From the NCBI RefSeq assembly GCF_001194135.2, contig NC_068981.1:128546327-128610326 (forward strand): DNA of 64,000 nucleotides, read 5' to 3'. Below, piece by piece: positions 24,474-37,153 of this stretch. The notes beneath the pieces were generated by a model. The model was given only the letters and a program-made list of their open reading frames with translations. It made no database searches and was not told the origin of the DNA. The translations under genes were made by a program, and so were the position numbers. Within the stretch, counting starts at the first letter, position 1. The number at the start of each line of letters is the position of its first letter. The DNA comes from Octopus bimaculoides. Lineage: Eukaryota.

Positions 24474-25062
24474 TTAAGTATTCTCCTTTTAGGCACAGGT
24501 ATGGCTGTGGGGTTAAGAAGCTTGCTTCCCAACCATGTGGTCTTGGGTTCAGTTCCACTGTATTTATTTTGGGCAAGTGTGTTCCCCTACAGCTACACAG
24601 TGACCAAAGTCTTGCAAGTGGATTTGTTAGACAGAAACTGATAGAAGCCCATTGCCATTGATTGAAAGCTTCTAATTATCACTCATTTTCTTAGTCCTTT
24701 TTAGCAAAAGCAAAACCAGTCAACTATGCAAAGTGAGCTTCTTAAACATACAGCCATGTCTGGAATGAAATATTTGACTGATAGCATCAAAGATTCAGCA
24801 TCACCATTATTGTTGCAATGCTACCATTGCCATCATCATTGTTGCTGTCATCAACATCATTGTTGTCTTGTTGTCCTAGTTGTCGCTGTTGTCATCATCA
24901 TCTTCTTCATCATTGCCATTCTACAACCATTTTCCATATTGGCATGGATTGGATAGTTCATCATAATCTAAGTCAATTCTTATTTGAAGTTGATGCCCTT
25001 CATGAAAGACTGAAGACGTCTCTCTTGTATGTTAAGATAATTTCTTCTGTTTTTATTCCAAG

Positions 25063-25153
25063 GCTATGGAAAATTAAAGTTTCCAGATGGTTCTGTATAC
25101 AAAGGCTACTTCCATAATCACAAAAGACATGGCACAGGAACATTTGAAATGAA
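25063..25153 (+). CDS. MORN1: MORN1 internal exon (phase 1-2)
   Basis: ttattccaag| acceptor, AA|gtaagt donor. GYGKLKFPDGSVYKGYFHNHKRHGTGTFEM is in frame with both neighbouring exons. Confidence 0.93.
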
Positions 25154-25267
25154 GTAAGTTTGTCTCACATATTAATCAAGACTTTTAATCAATTTTTATC
25201 AGAGAACTTTCATCTAATTCTTCCAAATCTTTCTGTTAAAACTGTATTGAAACTATTTGTGGGGGAA

Positions 25268-27800
25268 TTTTTTTTATCACAGCAACTAGTCATACACCAC
25301 AAGGTTTAACGGAGCATACTGAAGCAAACCAGCACACTCGCAGCATTACCATGGGTGATGGCGAGGCTAAGGCGTTGGAAAAGCCAAGTGCCTTCACAGG
25401 TATCACCTGACACCTCAGTGAGGTGAGCTGCCAAAGGTGACAAGAACTTCACGGTTAGTGGCCCAGTCCCTCTGAACGTCTCAAATGCCACAGGTTGGAA
25501 GAGATAGTTCACTGTCAGTTCCCGATTCCTAAGGATTTTCTTCCATTTGGCTATGGAAGCAGTGACCCTCCCATTAACTGCAGCATTCAGGATGTGAGAG
25601 GGAGCAAAGGAGTCGCAGACTGTGGCATCCCAAATGAGGCACCTACCTCTACTCTAATCCAGGGACAGAAGGTAAGACCATCTGGTCTCTTTCCTCACTT
25701 CTGGATAACCCTGATGGCTCCAGAACTGAGGGGATATTAATCCAGGCCAGGGCCTGCTTAATGATTAGGTTTAGCTCAATGTGATGAGCAAAGTGACCAG
25801 CATTTATGTGGAAAGACAGACCGTGAAAACTTGTCGGGTGGAGGGGCCTACCACAGCAGCATCTCAGTCCCCTACAAATATCAGCTCCCACTGTGTGTGA
25901 GATGGAGATGCAGAGTTCATCTAGACCAAGTAGACTCCCAATGTTGGCCACAGGCAGAGCATCAATCCAGTCACTTGAGAATTTTGCACTAGCTGAAAGT
26001 AGGCAACACCTTGAAAATTAATTAGATTAATCAGAGAGAGAGTTGAAAAGGGCACCTGAACACAGATTGTCCCATACTCTCTGTTTCCATCTGTCTTCAA
26101 CTGTATCTAGAACTGACAAACCCAGCTCTCTTCACTGTGATAGAGCTTCATCCATCTCCCTGTTGGAATTGGTCCATGTTGGAGGGGAGAGAATGTTGCC
26201 TACCAAAAGGGAGCAAGTGTGGGTGGAGGAAAGAAAACAGAGAAGAGATAAAGATGAGCACTTGCACAGACCTAGATCCCCAAAACATTTGGGCAAAACA
26301 GCTTGGTCGCAGGAGTCTGGGAAAAGTTTGACATTGACCAAGCATTCAAGTTTCCTGAAGATTAGGTCATCAAAGTATTGGGAGATGACAGGAATCTGTA
26401 AGAGGGACTAACTCTCAGAAAATACAATAGCTTAGGAATTGACAAATAATTCCTAAGTATAAAAAAAACCTTGGTGGGGCTCAATTACTTCAAGATCTTT
26501 TAAAAGTTGCTTGAGGTTAGCTATTTTGGATGAACTCAAAAGCTAGGTCAGTAATTGGGGCTCCAAGGGAGCACCACACTGAAGAAAGAAGAATCGCAAT
26601 TGAGGAGAGGGAGCTAGCAAATAGCTTAGTAGTCTGTTCATGCAAAGCTAGGTGGTTGAGGAGCCAGAGCTTGCATTTAGAGTTGTTAATACTAAGTCCT
26701 CTATGACTAAAATTCTCTATCATCATCCTCACAGTTGCAAGCACCTTGTTGGGACGGCCTCCCAAACAAGCATCATCAAGGTACCAGACATTTAGGTCTA
26801 GGTTGGTCCCTATCTTGGTAACATCATCAATACCCAATGCAAATAGGGCAGGACCAAGTGAATCTTCCTGTTGGTCCCCAGATACAGATGGGATGATGTA
26901 GTCACCAAATGAGAGGTAGGAGGGCTCCCAATAGGCTTGCCAAACAAAGTGATAAAACGGTGGGAAATTCTCCCTTACTGCACAGAGGATGGCATCTTGA
27001 CTGATGGAGTTAAAAGCATTCTTAAGGTCAAGTTTGAGGATGACCTTTGGAGACTCAGAGGGAAAGTTGGTGAAAGTCCTGATGGCATGAGCAGCAGCCT
27101 CACAACCTAGCTTAGTACCCACTCCTAGCTGAATAGGGGAAAATTCCTTGGTCAGGCAGTTAGAAACTGGAGACAGGCACACTTTTGCTGTGAGCCATCA
27201 CAGTGTACAGCCAAATGTTATGAGGCAGAGGTCACCTTTGGGTCCCAAAGAACAGGGGACGAATGTAGGCAAGGACACTCTCAGACAAGAACAAGTTTAT
27301 GAACTGTGTTAGGTTCTCCCAGAGTTCGAGCTCAGCATCACCAGCTGACTGAGATACCATCCTTGAGATGCTGAGGTCAAAAGCCATAGATCCCAGTGCC
27401 AGAACCTGCTGGAAAAGAGGCAATTGTCCTCCTGACATTGTCAGGGGTGAAGATGGGTTGCAGAAAACTTGGTGGGTCAGGCCAGTGTAGGTGATCATCT
27501 GGAGGGGCCAGAGGATGTTACTCCTTCAGTTGGTTGAAGGAGTCTGTGGTACATGAAATGAGAGAGTACAGAGAGGAAAGAAGGCAAACAACCCCTTTAA
27601 TATCAAAATTGCTAAATTTGGCAGCCTTTTTTATGTTACATGGTCGACTTTTGTTCGTGTTGAGCTGATGATTGACCTGAGATGAACAGTGGTTGGGATA
27701 GATTCAAGCAGCTCGAACTGCCATATCATGTGGAGGGAGACCAAAGGGAACAGGAACAGAACTTAATACATGTGCAAATCCAATGAACCAGGGATGGCAT
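25268..27800 (-). mobile_element. CRE-clade non-LTR retrotransposon (RT, CCHC, RLE), decayed, antisense in a MORN1 intron
   Basis: FSPIQLGVGTKLGCEAAAHAIR, LKLDLKNAFNSI, SGDQQEDSLGP, WYLDD, CCCGRPL..HIELNLIIKQAL..IPSVLEPSGLSRS, FQPVAFET..WLFQRLSLAITHGNAASVL. A8 tail at 25268-25275; 5' boundary approximate. Confidence 0.9.
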
Positions 27801-28030
27801 TTTTGTTGGCACAGTTTTATTATATTTGGCTGTACTTTCAACCACTGGAGGAAAAATAAGCTTTCAGCAAACCAAATATTAGTTTTATTTCCCAGTTTTA
27901 TTTATTTCATTTTCCTTATGTTATTAGGTGCCAATGTGAATATACTTGATCATGACAACTTGCTATTTCTCAGCCCTACCACCACCACCACCATCCAAAA
28001 TGAACCTGAAGAAATATATCAAAACAGTAC

Positions 28031-28530
28031 TCATCATCATCATCATCATCATCGTTTAACATCCGCTTTCCATGCTAGCATGGGTTGGACGATTTGACTG
28101 AGGACTGGTGAAACCGGATGGCAACACCAGGCTCCAATCTAATTTGGCAGAGTTTCTACAGCTGGATGCCCTTCCTAACGCCAACCACTCAGAGAGTGTA
28201 GTGGGTGCTTTTACGTGTCACCCGCACGAGGGCCAGTCAGGCGGTACTGGCAACGGCCACGCTCAAAATGGTGTCTTTTATGTGCCACCCGCACAAGAGC
28301 CAGTCCAAGGGCACCGGCAACGATCTCGCTCGAAAATCTTATGAAGGCCAGTTAGGCGGTACTGGCAACGGCCACGCTCAGAATGGTGCATCTCATGTGC
28401 CACCCGCACAAGAGCCAGTCCAGGGGCACTGGCAACGATCTCACTTGGCTTGCCAGGTCTTCTCACGCACGGCACATTTCCAAAGGTCTTGGTCAGTAGT
28501 CATCACCTCGGTGAGGCCCAATGTTCGAAG
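28031..28530 (-). mobile_element. Young RTE 3' fragment (tail plus duplicated UTR modules)
   Basis: Nearly identical in reverse complement to 44600-44910; contains the CCATGCTAGCATGG palindrome. Confidence 0.92.
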
Positions 28531-29539
28531 TACTGTGGATAATATTAATTTGAATGAAACTCAATAAAATTTATTTTCTTAATATAGATCATCATTATCA
28601 TCAATATCATCATCATCATCATCATCATCATAGATCTATTTTCCATGTTGGCTTTGGCTGGACAGGTCATCACTGCCTGAATCAGTTAGTCATGCCTTAT
28701 TTAAATTTATTGTACTCCTAAATGTGTTAAAGGACTTCTTGCTTATACATTTGCTCTCTATGATGCTTATAAGGAAAATAGTATAAAACCAAATTGTGAT
28801 ATGTACATTCTATAAACATAACATTTGGTTTCATATCAATGAATCTTGAAAACATTAAGTTATGTTAGCCAGCTAGCATTATTTGCTCCATCTACCCTAA
28901 GTCCAATGCAATTATTTATACGAATGTTGTTTGTTGAGAAAATTTCAATTACATGATAAAACCTTTCACTAGTTGTTAATATAACACAAATTATACTTAA
29001 AAAGGATAACTGCACTCCTTTGATGCTTCTGGCAAAATATATATAAGCATGTTTATTTTATGAGGCTTATATCAGTTGATTAAATTTGTTGATTAACGAG
29101 TGTTTTGATTAATGATTCTTTGATTTATAATGAGTATTCAGATGTTGTTTTTAAGTCATCAGCTAACTCTTCAGGCTAAATCAGAGCAATAACATTTTTG
29201 GTTAAACTTATATTAAATGTTTGATGTCACTTAATACACTTTCTGTACAGTAACTTGCTATTTCATTAATTCGGCATCCACCAATCAAATACTACCATGT
29301 TTACTTTATTTATTTTCAAATTTTTTTCTCTTCTGCCTTTTGGGTACTAACCTTAATAAATATGTTTGAAAGTAGATTTGAGTTTTTACAACAATTTTCT
29401 GTCTTTCTGTTTCGCAGATTTGTCATGATCAGAGGTTTTTGTTGTTTGTTTTCCCTAGTGTATGTAACAAAATTCAACCTTTTAATATGAGAAAATTGTA
29501 AGTCAATGGAAACAGCCATTAACAATGGCATCCTTCAAT

Positions 29540-29920
29540 ACTTTGAATCTCTCTTTCTCTTCAGCAACTGCCAATATGTTTTCTACAGAGCTAGTTCCAC
29601 TGGAGACCTTTTTTATGTCACTCACCAATGGGCTTTCCCTTGAGAGAAAGTCAATGAAACCAATGTTGTTGCCCTAGACATCAGCAAAGCCTTTGACTGT
29701 ATTTGGCTTGTGAACGTCCTATTGAGTCATATGTTCATAGAGCTCTTTCTTGCTCCATTCTTAATCAACTCTGATGAGCCCAGGGTTTGGTTTTGTTCTT
29801 CACTCTTTTCCTTCTACAATCTACTTACCACATTCAATAATTCCCATTCATATCCAGATTATACAAGTCATCATTCTTACCTAACCTCCTTCAGTCATGC
29901 ATCATTTACCAGTGAAGCTG
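29540..29920 (+). mobile_element. CR1-group LINE RT fragment
   Basis: ..CQYVFYRASSTGDL..NETNVVALDISKAFDCIW resembles QYGFR..RSTGD..VALDISKAFD.VW. Confidence 0.7.
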
Positions 29921-29959
29921 CATAGCTAGGACTACATCCCAAAGGCTAGCTCTTCATTT

Positions 29960-29991
<32 letters not shown>

Positions 29992-30331
29992 CATATATAC
30001 ATATATATATATGCAGATAGGAAGTTACGTAGGTAGGTAGGTAGGTAGGTAGGTAGGTAGGTAGGCAGGCAGGTAGATAGGTAGGTTAGTCAGTCAGTCA
30101 GCTGGTTGGTCTGTCCATTGGTTGATCAGTTGGTCCCTTCCTTCTTTCTTTCCTTCTGTTCAAAGACCAATCAACACAGTTAGTCAATTAGGTATGAATG
30201 AAGAAAGTAAGATCATAGAATTACATTTTAAGAAAACCTACAAAGAATATAGTTTACAAAGAGTCCAGGCAGGCTGGTGAACATACAGAGATGATGATGG
30301 TGGTAGTGGTGGTGGTGGTGGCGGCGGCGGT

Positions 30332-30387
<56 letters not shown>

Positions 30388-32089
30388 AGAGAGAGAGAGA
30401 GGAGAAATTTGTTATAAATTATTTAATAATATCCAAAGTGAGAAAAGTGACTCCATTCAGAGGAAATTAAGAACCGCATATAATTAAGAAAATAGTCATG
30501 ACATTCTAAGACAATTAAGAAGCTTGTTATCTAACACCTTCATGCATTATGATACGGGTTACCAAGAACAGTTGTGTGCTATTTTAGAATGATACTCAAT
30601 ATTCTTTTCCATTAAAGGGAATTGTATATTGATATCCAGAGCCATCATATATTATTATGGTTTCCAAGCTAAAAATATAATATTCAAGATTTAAAAAAAA
30701 AGTCTAACATCAATTCATAAGGTATTCATATTGCTAATTTTTATCTGTCTAATGCAACCAAATCCCCTTTTAATCACACTCTACTGTCTTGAGAAAAGAC
30801 ACATTGGATAATGATGTGTTGTCTCCATAATGAACAGAATGGTTGTGGCTGGAATAGCTTTGGTCTACTAGCATAGCTAGCAGGGAGCGTTAGGGGCACC
30901 ACTTTTAAAGGGACGGCACTTTTAATCCTGTTGTAGGCTATTGCTGTAGGCAATATGTGTTTTTGTGGGGTCCTGGGGTGACAAAAAGGAGGGTTGCCCC
31001 AGACAGCACACACTCTAGCTACACTAGTGCTTTGGTCATAGGCCTGCTGGACCAGGGTTGACTTTAGGCTAATCAACAACTGTTCCACCACGCTACAACA
31101 CTTCCAACAACAACATTTTTACACACTTTCAAAATACCATCAGACTTATGTACATACAACAAAGATTATAGATTATAAAAAAGATTCAATAATGTTATCA
31201 CTATTGCCTAATTAATAGAGACGGCACACTTGTTCTGAACACCAACTGATCCCTGAAAAAATTTAGTACTTCAAGTCATCTACCTTATTAGAAATCAGTT
31301 GGTTTTATGCTGACTACTCGTAGCAGCTACTACTCTTCACTTCTGATTTATCTGACACCACTAAGCAGAGGATCATCATCCTTCTAGGTATATCCTTCCA
31401 TTTTCGTCTCACAATCAAAGTCTGTAATCTCAAATCTTCTAAGTGAGTGACACACAGACATACTGCAGCAGTACAGGGAAAGAATACTACTACTGAAAGA
31501 TAACCAGAAAAAGCTATGAATGTATTTGTGCTTTACATCAGATATTCCAAACTTTCTTTATCATGGAACCCTCATACAATTTTCCAAAACTGCAGGACTA
31601 TGGCTTATATTTTACAAATGATCTCTATGAAATAATTCTTATAAGATAGATTTATATGAAATTTTAGTAAAAACTACTACAATGACTTTGGCTTAGCAAG
31701 TTATATACACCTCCACCCAACTTCTCACCCTGTCTATTTTAACTTCTATGCCTTACGCTAAATGCTTTCTGAATAATTTCTACCTTGAACTGCATCCCTC
31801 TTTAGATCTCAGTCTACTGAAGTAGACAAGTGAACTGTCTTTCAACTCACTAAACATAAAGTGTACAAAACCAACACATCCATAATTCACAAGTTCCTAC
31901 ATTTCAAGAATCCATCCTCTCCCCTGCTATGTTTAAATTATGCCTAAACAACTTACAATCAACTCCTCAAAATACACCCACAGAGTCATACACAGATGCC
32001 ATCCTACTCTCATCATTCCCCAATATGCAGCTGCACAACTATTCCATCCCCATGCTAATCCCCAAGAAACACAATCCTAAACTGACAGA

Positions 32090-32494
32090 GCCTTTAGCAT
32101 TCAGATTTCTTTATCAAATGTATTGCTCGTTTATTCACATTGTTTTGAATTAATCATGCATTATTTTGTAGCTTCAAAATTTCAATGATATGTTTGTATC
32201 ATCATCATCGTTTAACGTCCGCTTTCCATGCTAGCATGGGTTGGACGATTTGACTGAGGACTGGTGGAACCCGAAGGCTACACCAGGCTCCAATCTGATT
32301 TGGCAAAGTTTCTACGGCTGGATGCCCTTCCTAACGCCAACCACTCCAAGAGTGTAATGGGTGCTTTTACGTGTCACCGGCACAAAATTTTTAGAATAAC
32401 ATTATAGGTTAGGTGTGAGAGGTTAGATTTGGTCATTTAACATAAAACAGGTAAAATATCTTGGCCGAATTTGACTGAATTAAATGCTAAAGGG
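32090..32494. mobile_element. piggyBac-like MITE interrupted by an RTE tail (32198-32383, minus strand)
   Basis: CCTTTAGCATTCAG...AATGCTAAAGGG|ttaa with a catcatcgtttaacgtccgctttccatgctagcatgg insert. Confidence 0.75.
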
Positions 32495-33244
32495 TTAAAG
32501 CAGCACCAACCAATTTCCCTTGTCTCTCTTCTTATTCACAATGCCAGAGAACATCAATAACTACCAAGCATCACAATCAACAACATAAACATACCATACA
32601 CAGGATAAAAAAAATACTTGGGGTTATGTAAAACACATCCAAAACATTCAAAATACATGTAGAATATAAAAGAAAGTCAAATTAAACACAAAGATACTTA
32701 GAACAATGACAGGTAACACATTTGGTCAACAGAAGAAAACAGTAATAGTGGTATACAAGCAATATATAACTCTACGGGTTATGCAAGTCCTCCCTGTACT
32801 CCTAATTTCTCTCCAACAAATTGCAATAAATTACATGTGGTTGCTTAGCCTGAAATAAATAGCAGCTAAATGCCTCATCAAACCATACTGTTTTTTTTTT
32901 TAAAAAAAGGTAGGGTATTGGATAATGTAGCCAGGACAAAAAGATGACATACTTATGTTTGGAACATCTTCGTTTATCTGTAGATCTTCTCAGTCAGGGT
33001 CGATTTGTGTCTGAACAATGAAAACGGCAAGAATAAGCAAAGGTACATTTGAGAATGTTGTTCTAGGTATAGTATATCTGAATAAAAAGACAAGAATCAC
33101 TGACAGAACGTCTTTGATTATGGTTCTGCTTGATCAAGGCTGACCTGGAGTTTTACAACAAAATAAACTAAAAAAAAAATACACCACAAAACATCTTGAT
33201 TAGATAGCACACGGTTATTATTGATAAATTATCTCTACTTTCAG

Positions 33245-33332
33245 AAATGGTACTACATATACTGGTGACTGGATATGTGATCGCCGTCAGGGCCAAGGAC
33301 ACATAAACTATTTGGATGGGTCAGAATATGAG
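33245..33332 (+). CDS. MORN1: MORN1 internal exon (phase 2-0) with a GC 5' splice site
   Basis: ctactttcag| acceptor. (K)NGTTYTGDWICDRRQGQGHINYLDGSEYE; only GAG|gccagt joins in frame to GQW.. at 40275. Confidence 0.9.
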
Positions 33333-33725
33333 GCCAGTATTAAATTCATCATCATCATTATTGTCTTTATCGCTGTTGTCATTATCATCATCATCAACAT
33401 CTTAATATTTTTTGTGATAGCATTATTTGAACATGTATACTGCACGGCATATTGCCATTCATATAAGTTTCATATGCATATGTGTGTGTACGTGTTGTGA
33501 ATGTGTGTCTTTGTCAATGCCCCCACCACCACTTGACAACCAGTTTTGATTTGTTTGTGTCCCTATAACTTAGCAGTTCACTTAAAGGAACCAATAGAAG
33601 AAGTACCACACTTAAAAGAATAAGTACTGGGGTTAATTCATTTGACTAAAACCCTTCAAGGTGGTGTTCCAGCATGACCACCATTCAATGATTGAAACAA
33701 ATAAAAGATAAAGGATATAATCCAA

Positions 33726-33944
33726 CCCTTTAACATTTAAACCAATGATATCCAGCCAAAATAATCTACCCATTTTATGCTCAAACTGGCCAGATTTGGC
33801 CTCTCGCATCTGCTCTACAATGTCATAATAAAAACATACAATCACATCATCAAAATTTCAAAGCTATGACATCATGTATAATTAATTCAAAACAATGTGA
33901 GTAAATAAGCATTATATTTGACAGAATAATCTGAATGCTAAAGA
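33726..33944. mobile_element. piggyBac-like MITE (degenerate)
   Basis: CCCTTTAACATT...CTGAATGCTAAAG; same internal sequence as 364-582. Confidence 0.6.
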
Positions 33945-34130
33945 ACTAAGGTATACTTTATTTTTAATAAGGCATGGCTGTGTGGTAAGAAGTTTGCTTC
34001 CCAATCACTTGTTCCTAAGTTCAATCCCACTGTGTAGCACCTTGGGCAAGTGTCTTCTACTATAGCCTCAGGCCAACTAAAGCCTTGTGAGTGGATTTGG
34101 TAGACAGAACTAAAAGAAGCCCGACGTGTG

Positions 34131-34177
<47 letters not shown>

Positions 34178-35870
34178 GTGTCTTTGTGTCTGTGTTTGTC
34201 CCCCACCATTGCTTGACAACTGATGTTGGTGTGTTTATGTCCCTGTAACTTAGTGGTTCAGCAAAAGAGATCGATAGAATAAGTACTAGGCTTTCAAAGA
34301 ATAAGGTCAGGGTTCAATTTCTTCAACTAAAACCCTTTAAGGTAGTGCAGTAGCATAGCTACAATCAAATGACTGAAACACGTAAAAGAATGAAAGAAAT
34401 TCAATTTCAATCTCACAAGTTTTTATCTCTTCATAGGCAGAAAAAAAATGGGATTAATGTGTTCACTCCCTAATTTTGTTGGACCTTCCTCAGAATATAA
34501 ACCTTCTATTCAGACAGATGACTAGCTAATAACAATATATCATCATCATCATCATCATCATCGTTTAACATCCATTTTCCATGCATTATAGTATATACAA
34601 AACAGGATTCAGCTAAATTGGCTAGCTTAATTTTCAACAATAGCGCTTACGTTAAAAATATATCTGTATACATTATTAATAGCTATAAACTAAGCTATTA
34701 TTCTTTCAATGGACAGAAGATGGGTGTTATTTCATTGGGAAAAATCTAAGAAGATTAGGAACTGATCTAATCAATCATTTCCATGTTTTCTTTTTTTTCT
34801 TTCTTGCTACCCTTTCAGAACCAAATCCTTTTGTCTTTTACTTCAATCATTGGACTGCAGGCATGCTGGAGTACCACCTTGAAGGATTTTAGTTGAATTA
34901 ATCAACCCCCAGTACTTATTTTCACTTATTTTATCAGTATGTTTTGCCAAACCACTAAGTTAACCAACACCGTTTGTCAAGCAGTGTTGGAGACAAACAC
35001 AAATGCAAAGAAATATGCACATATATACATTCATACATACAGACACACACACACACACACACACACACATGTGTACCTTTGTATTTATGTATGTACACAC
35101 AACAGGCTTCTATCAGTTTCTGTCTAGCATATCCACTCAGAAGACTTTGATTAGCGCAGCGCTGTAGTAGAAGGTTCTTGCCTACTGTGCCTGCAATGGG
35201 GCTAAACTAAGTGCAATCATTTTGTTTATTTTTTTTACATTGTATCTAAAACTGTTGTGTGCATATGTGTCTGTTTAAATGGGTTTCTTCCCCAGAGAAA
35301 TTGTCTTTCACACTGCTGATATTTTTACTTGGTTAGAATGAAGCCAATATCTCATTTGCAATAGAATTATTCTTCCACAAAGTGCAGATACCATCTCTGA
35401 CTAACAGCCAGAGGCTGATCATAGTTAACAACTGCAGCTAACAACTTCATACATTTAGTTCTTGATTCAGAACGAGGTTTATTTCTAACCTATATAATGT
35501 TATTTTAGCATTCTACCACATCATTTTTCTTTTCTTTTTTATAACAGAGTAATATAGTTATTTCCCTTATTTTTGTCTCTATATACATACATACAGTGAG
35601 GGTGTTTGACCAAGTGGCTAGGGTAATTGCACTCACAATCGCAACATCGTGAATTTATTCCCAGACCAGGCAGACCAAAAAACTTTATGTCGTGTTGCTC
35701 TGCAATCTTTTCAACATCTGACATGTGGTACATCAAGCACTTGTACAGGTAATGTTTATTTGATGAAGGGAGCAAGACATCACTATAAGCACAGACATCA
35801 CTATAAGCAAATCAGGTTTGCGCAAGTTGTTCAGTAAGAAATTGCAGAACTGTCTCTCTCAGACTTGAGA

Positions 35871-36200
35871 CATCATCATCTTTTAGCATCCATTTGTCCA
35901 TACTGGCATGGGTTGGACGGTTTCACCAGGGCTGGTAAGCTGAGGTGCTGCACCAAACTCCAGTCTGATTTGGCATGGTTTCTACTGCTGGATGCCCTTC
36001 CTAATATAAACCACTCCGAGGGTGCTTTTGTGTGCCACTGGCATGGGTGCCAGTTGCATGACACCAGTATCTGCCATGACTATGATTTCACTTGGCTTGA
36101 TGGATCTTTCTTCTCAAGCACAGCTTATTACCAATGGTTTCAGTCATTTGTCATTGCCTCTGTGAGGCCCAGCACTCGAAAGGTGCTTGTTATGTGACAC
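35871..36200 (-). mobile_element. RTE 3' fragment
   Basis: (CAT)n tail, ggcatgggttggacgg, gtcattgcctctgtgaggcccagcactcgaa. Confidence 0.75.
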
Positions 36201-36340
36201 TGGCATAGTTTGAGACACTATCAAAATATATATATGAATACATATATATAAATATATATACATATATTTAATCTATATATATGAATATATATATATAGAT
36301 GTATATATAAATAATCATCATCATTTGACATCCATATATA

Positions 36341-36554
36341 CGAGGGGGTGCCAAAATGTTCCTGGCTTTGGGTGAAAGAAAATACAGGAGGATCAGTTAA
36401 TTATGATTTTATTCAATGTATCCCCTTCTCAGATTCACACACTTGCAGCAGTCCTTCCTCCTTTCTAAGTTCTTTAAAAGAACTTGGAAGGTTGGACTTC
36501 CATTCAAGCCTTTTGAGATACCCTTAAAGCCAGGAACTTTTCAGTACCCTCTCA
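36341..36554. mobile_element. mariner-type MITE
   Basis: ta|CGAGGGGGTGCCAAAATGTTCCTGGCTTT...AAAGCCAGGAACTTTTCAGTACCCTCTCA imperfect TIRs. Confidence 0.65.
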
Positions 36555-36556
36555 TG

Positions 36557-36587
<31 letters not shown>

Positions 36588-37153
36588 GCATACACACACA
36601 TACCATCATTATCATTTAATAACCTTTTTTGCATGCTCGCATGAGTTGGATGGTTTGAAAAGAACAGGCAAGCCAGAAGGCTCCACCAGGTTCTATGTCT
36701 GCTTTGGCATAGTTTCTACAGCCTAATGCCCTTCCTAATGCATATACTATATAAAAAGCACTTGTGCTGGCTCCACATAAAGGCATCCATGCCAGTGCTA
36801 TGTAAACATCACCCAACATACTCTGTAAATTGGTTGGTGCTAGGAAGGGCATCCAACCATAGAAACCATGCCAAAACAGACAAATGGAACCTGAGCAGCT
36901 CCCTGGCTGGCCAGACCCTGTCAAACTGTCCAACCCTTGCCAGCATGAAAAATAGACGTTAAATGATGATGATAAATGTAATATATATATATACTCCGGT
37001 TTGGTAAGTGAGTTCCATAAAAAATTTAGATTTAAGGTGAATATGGTACTTAAGTTTAGGCACCAGAATTAAGTATGGTATTATCCATACAATTTCAAAA
37101 TAAGGTGATTAAAATCAAAAGAAACATGCTATAAAAGTTCAATNNNNNNNNNN

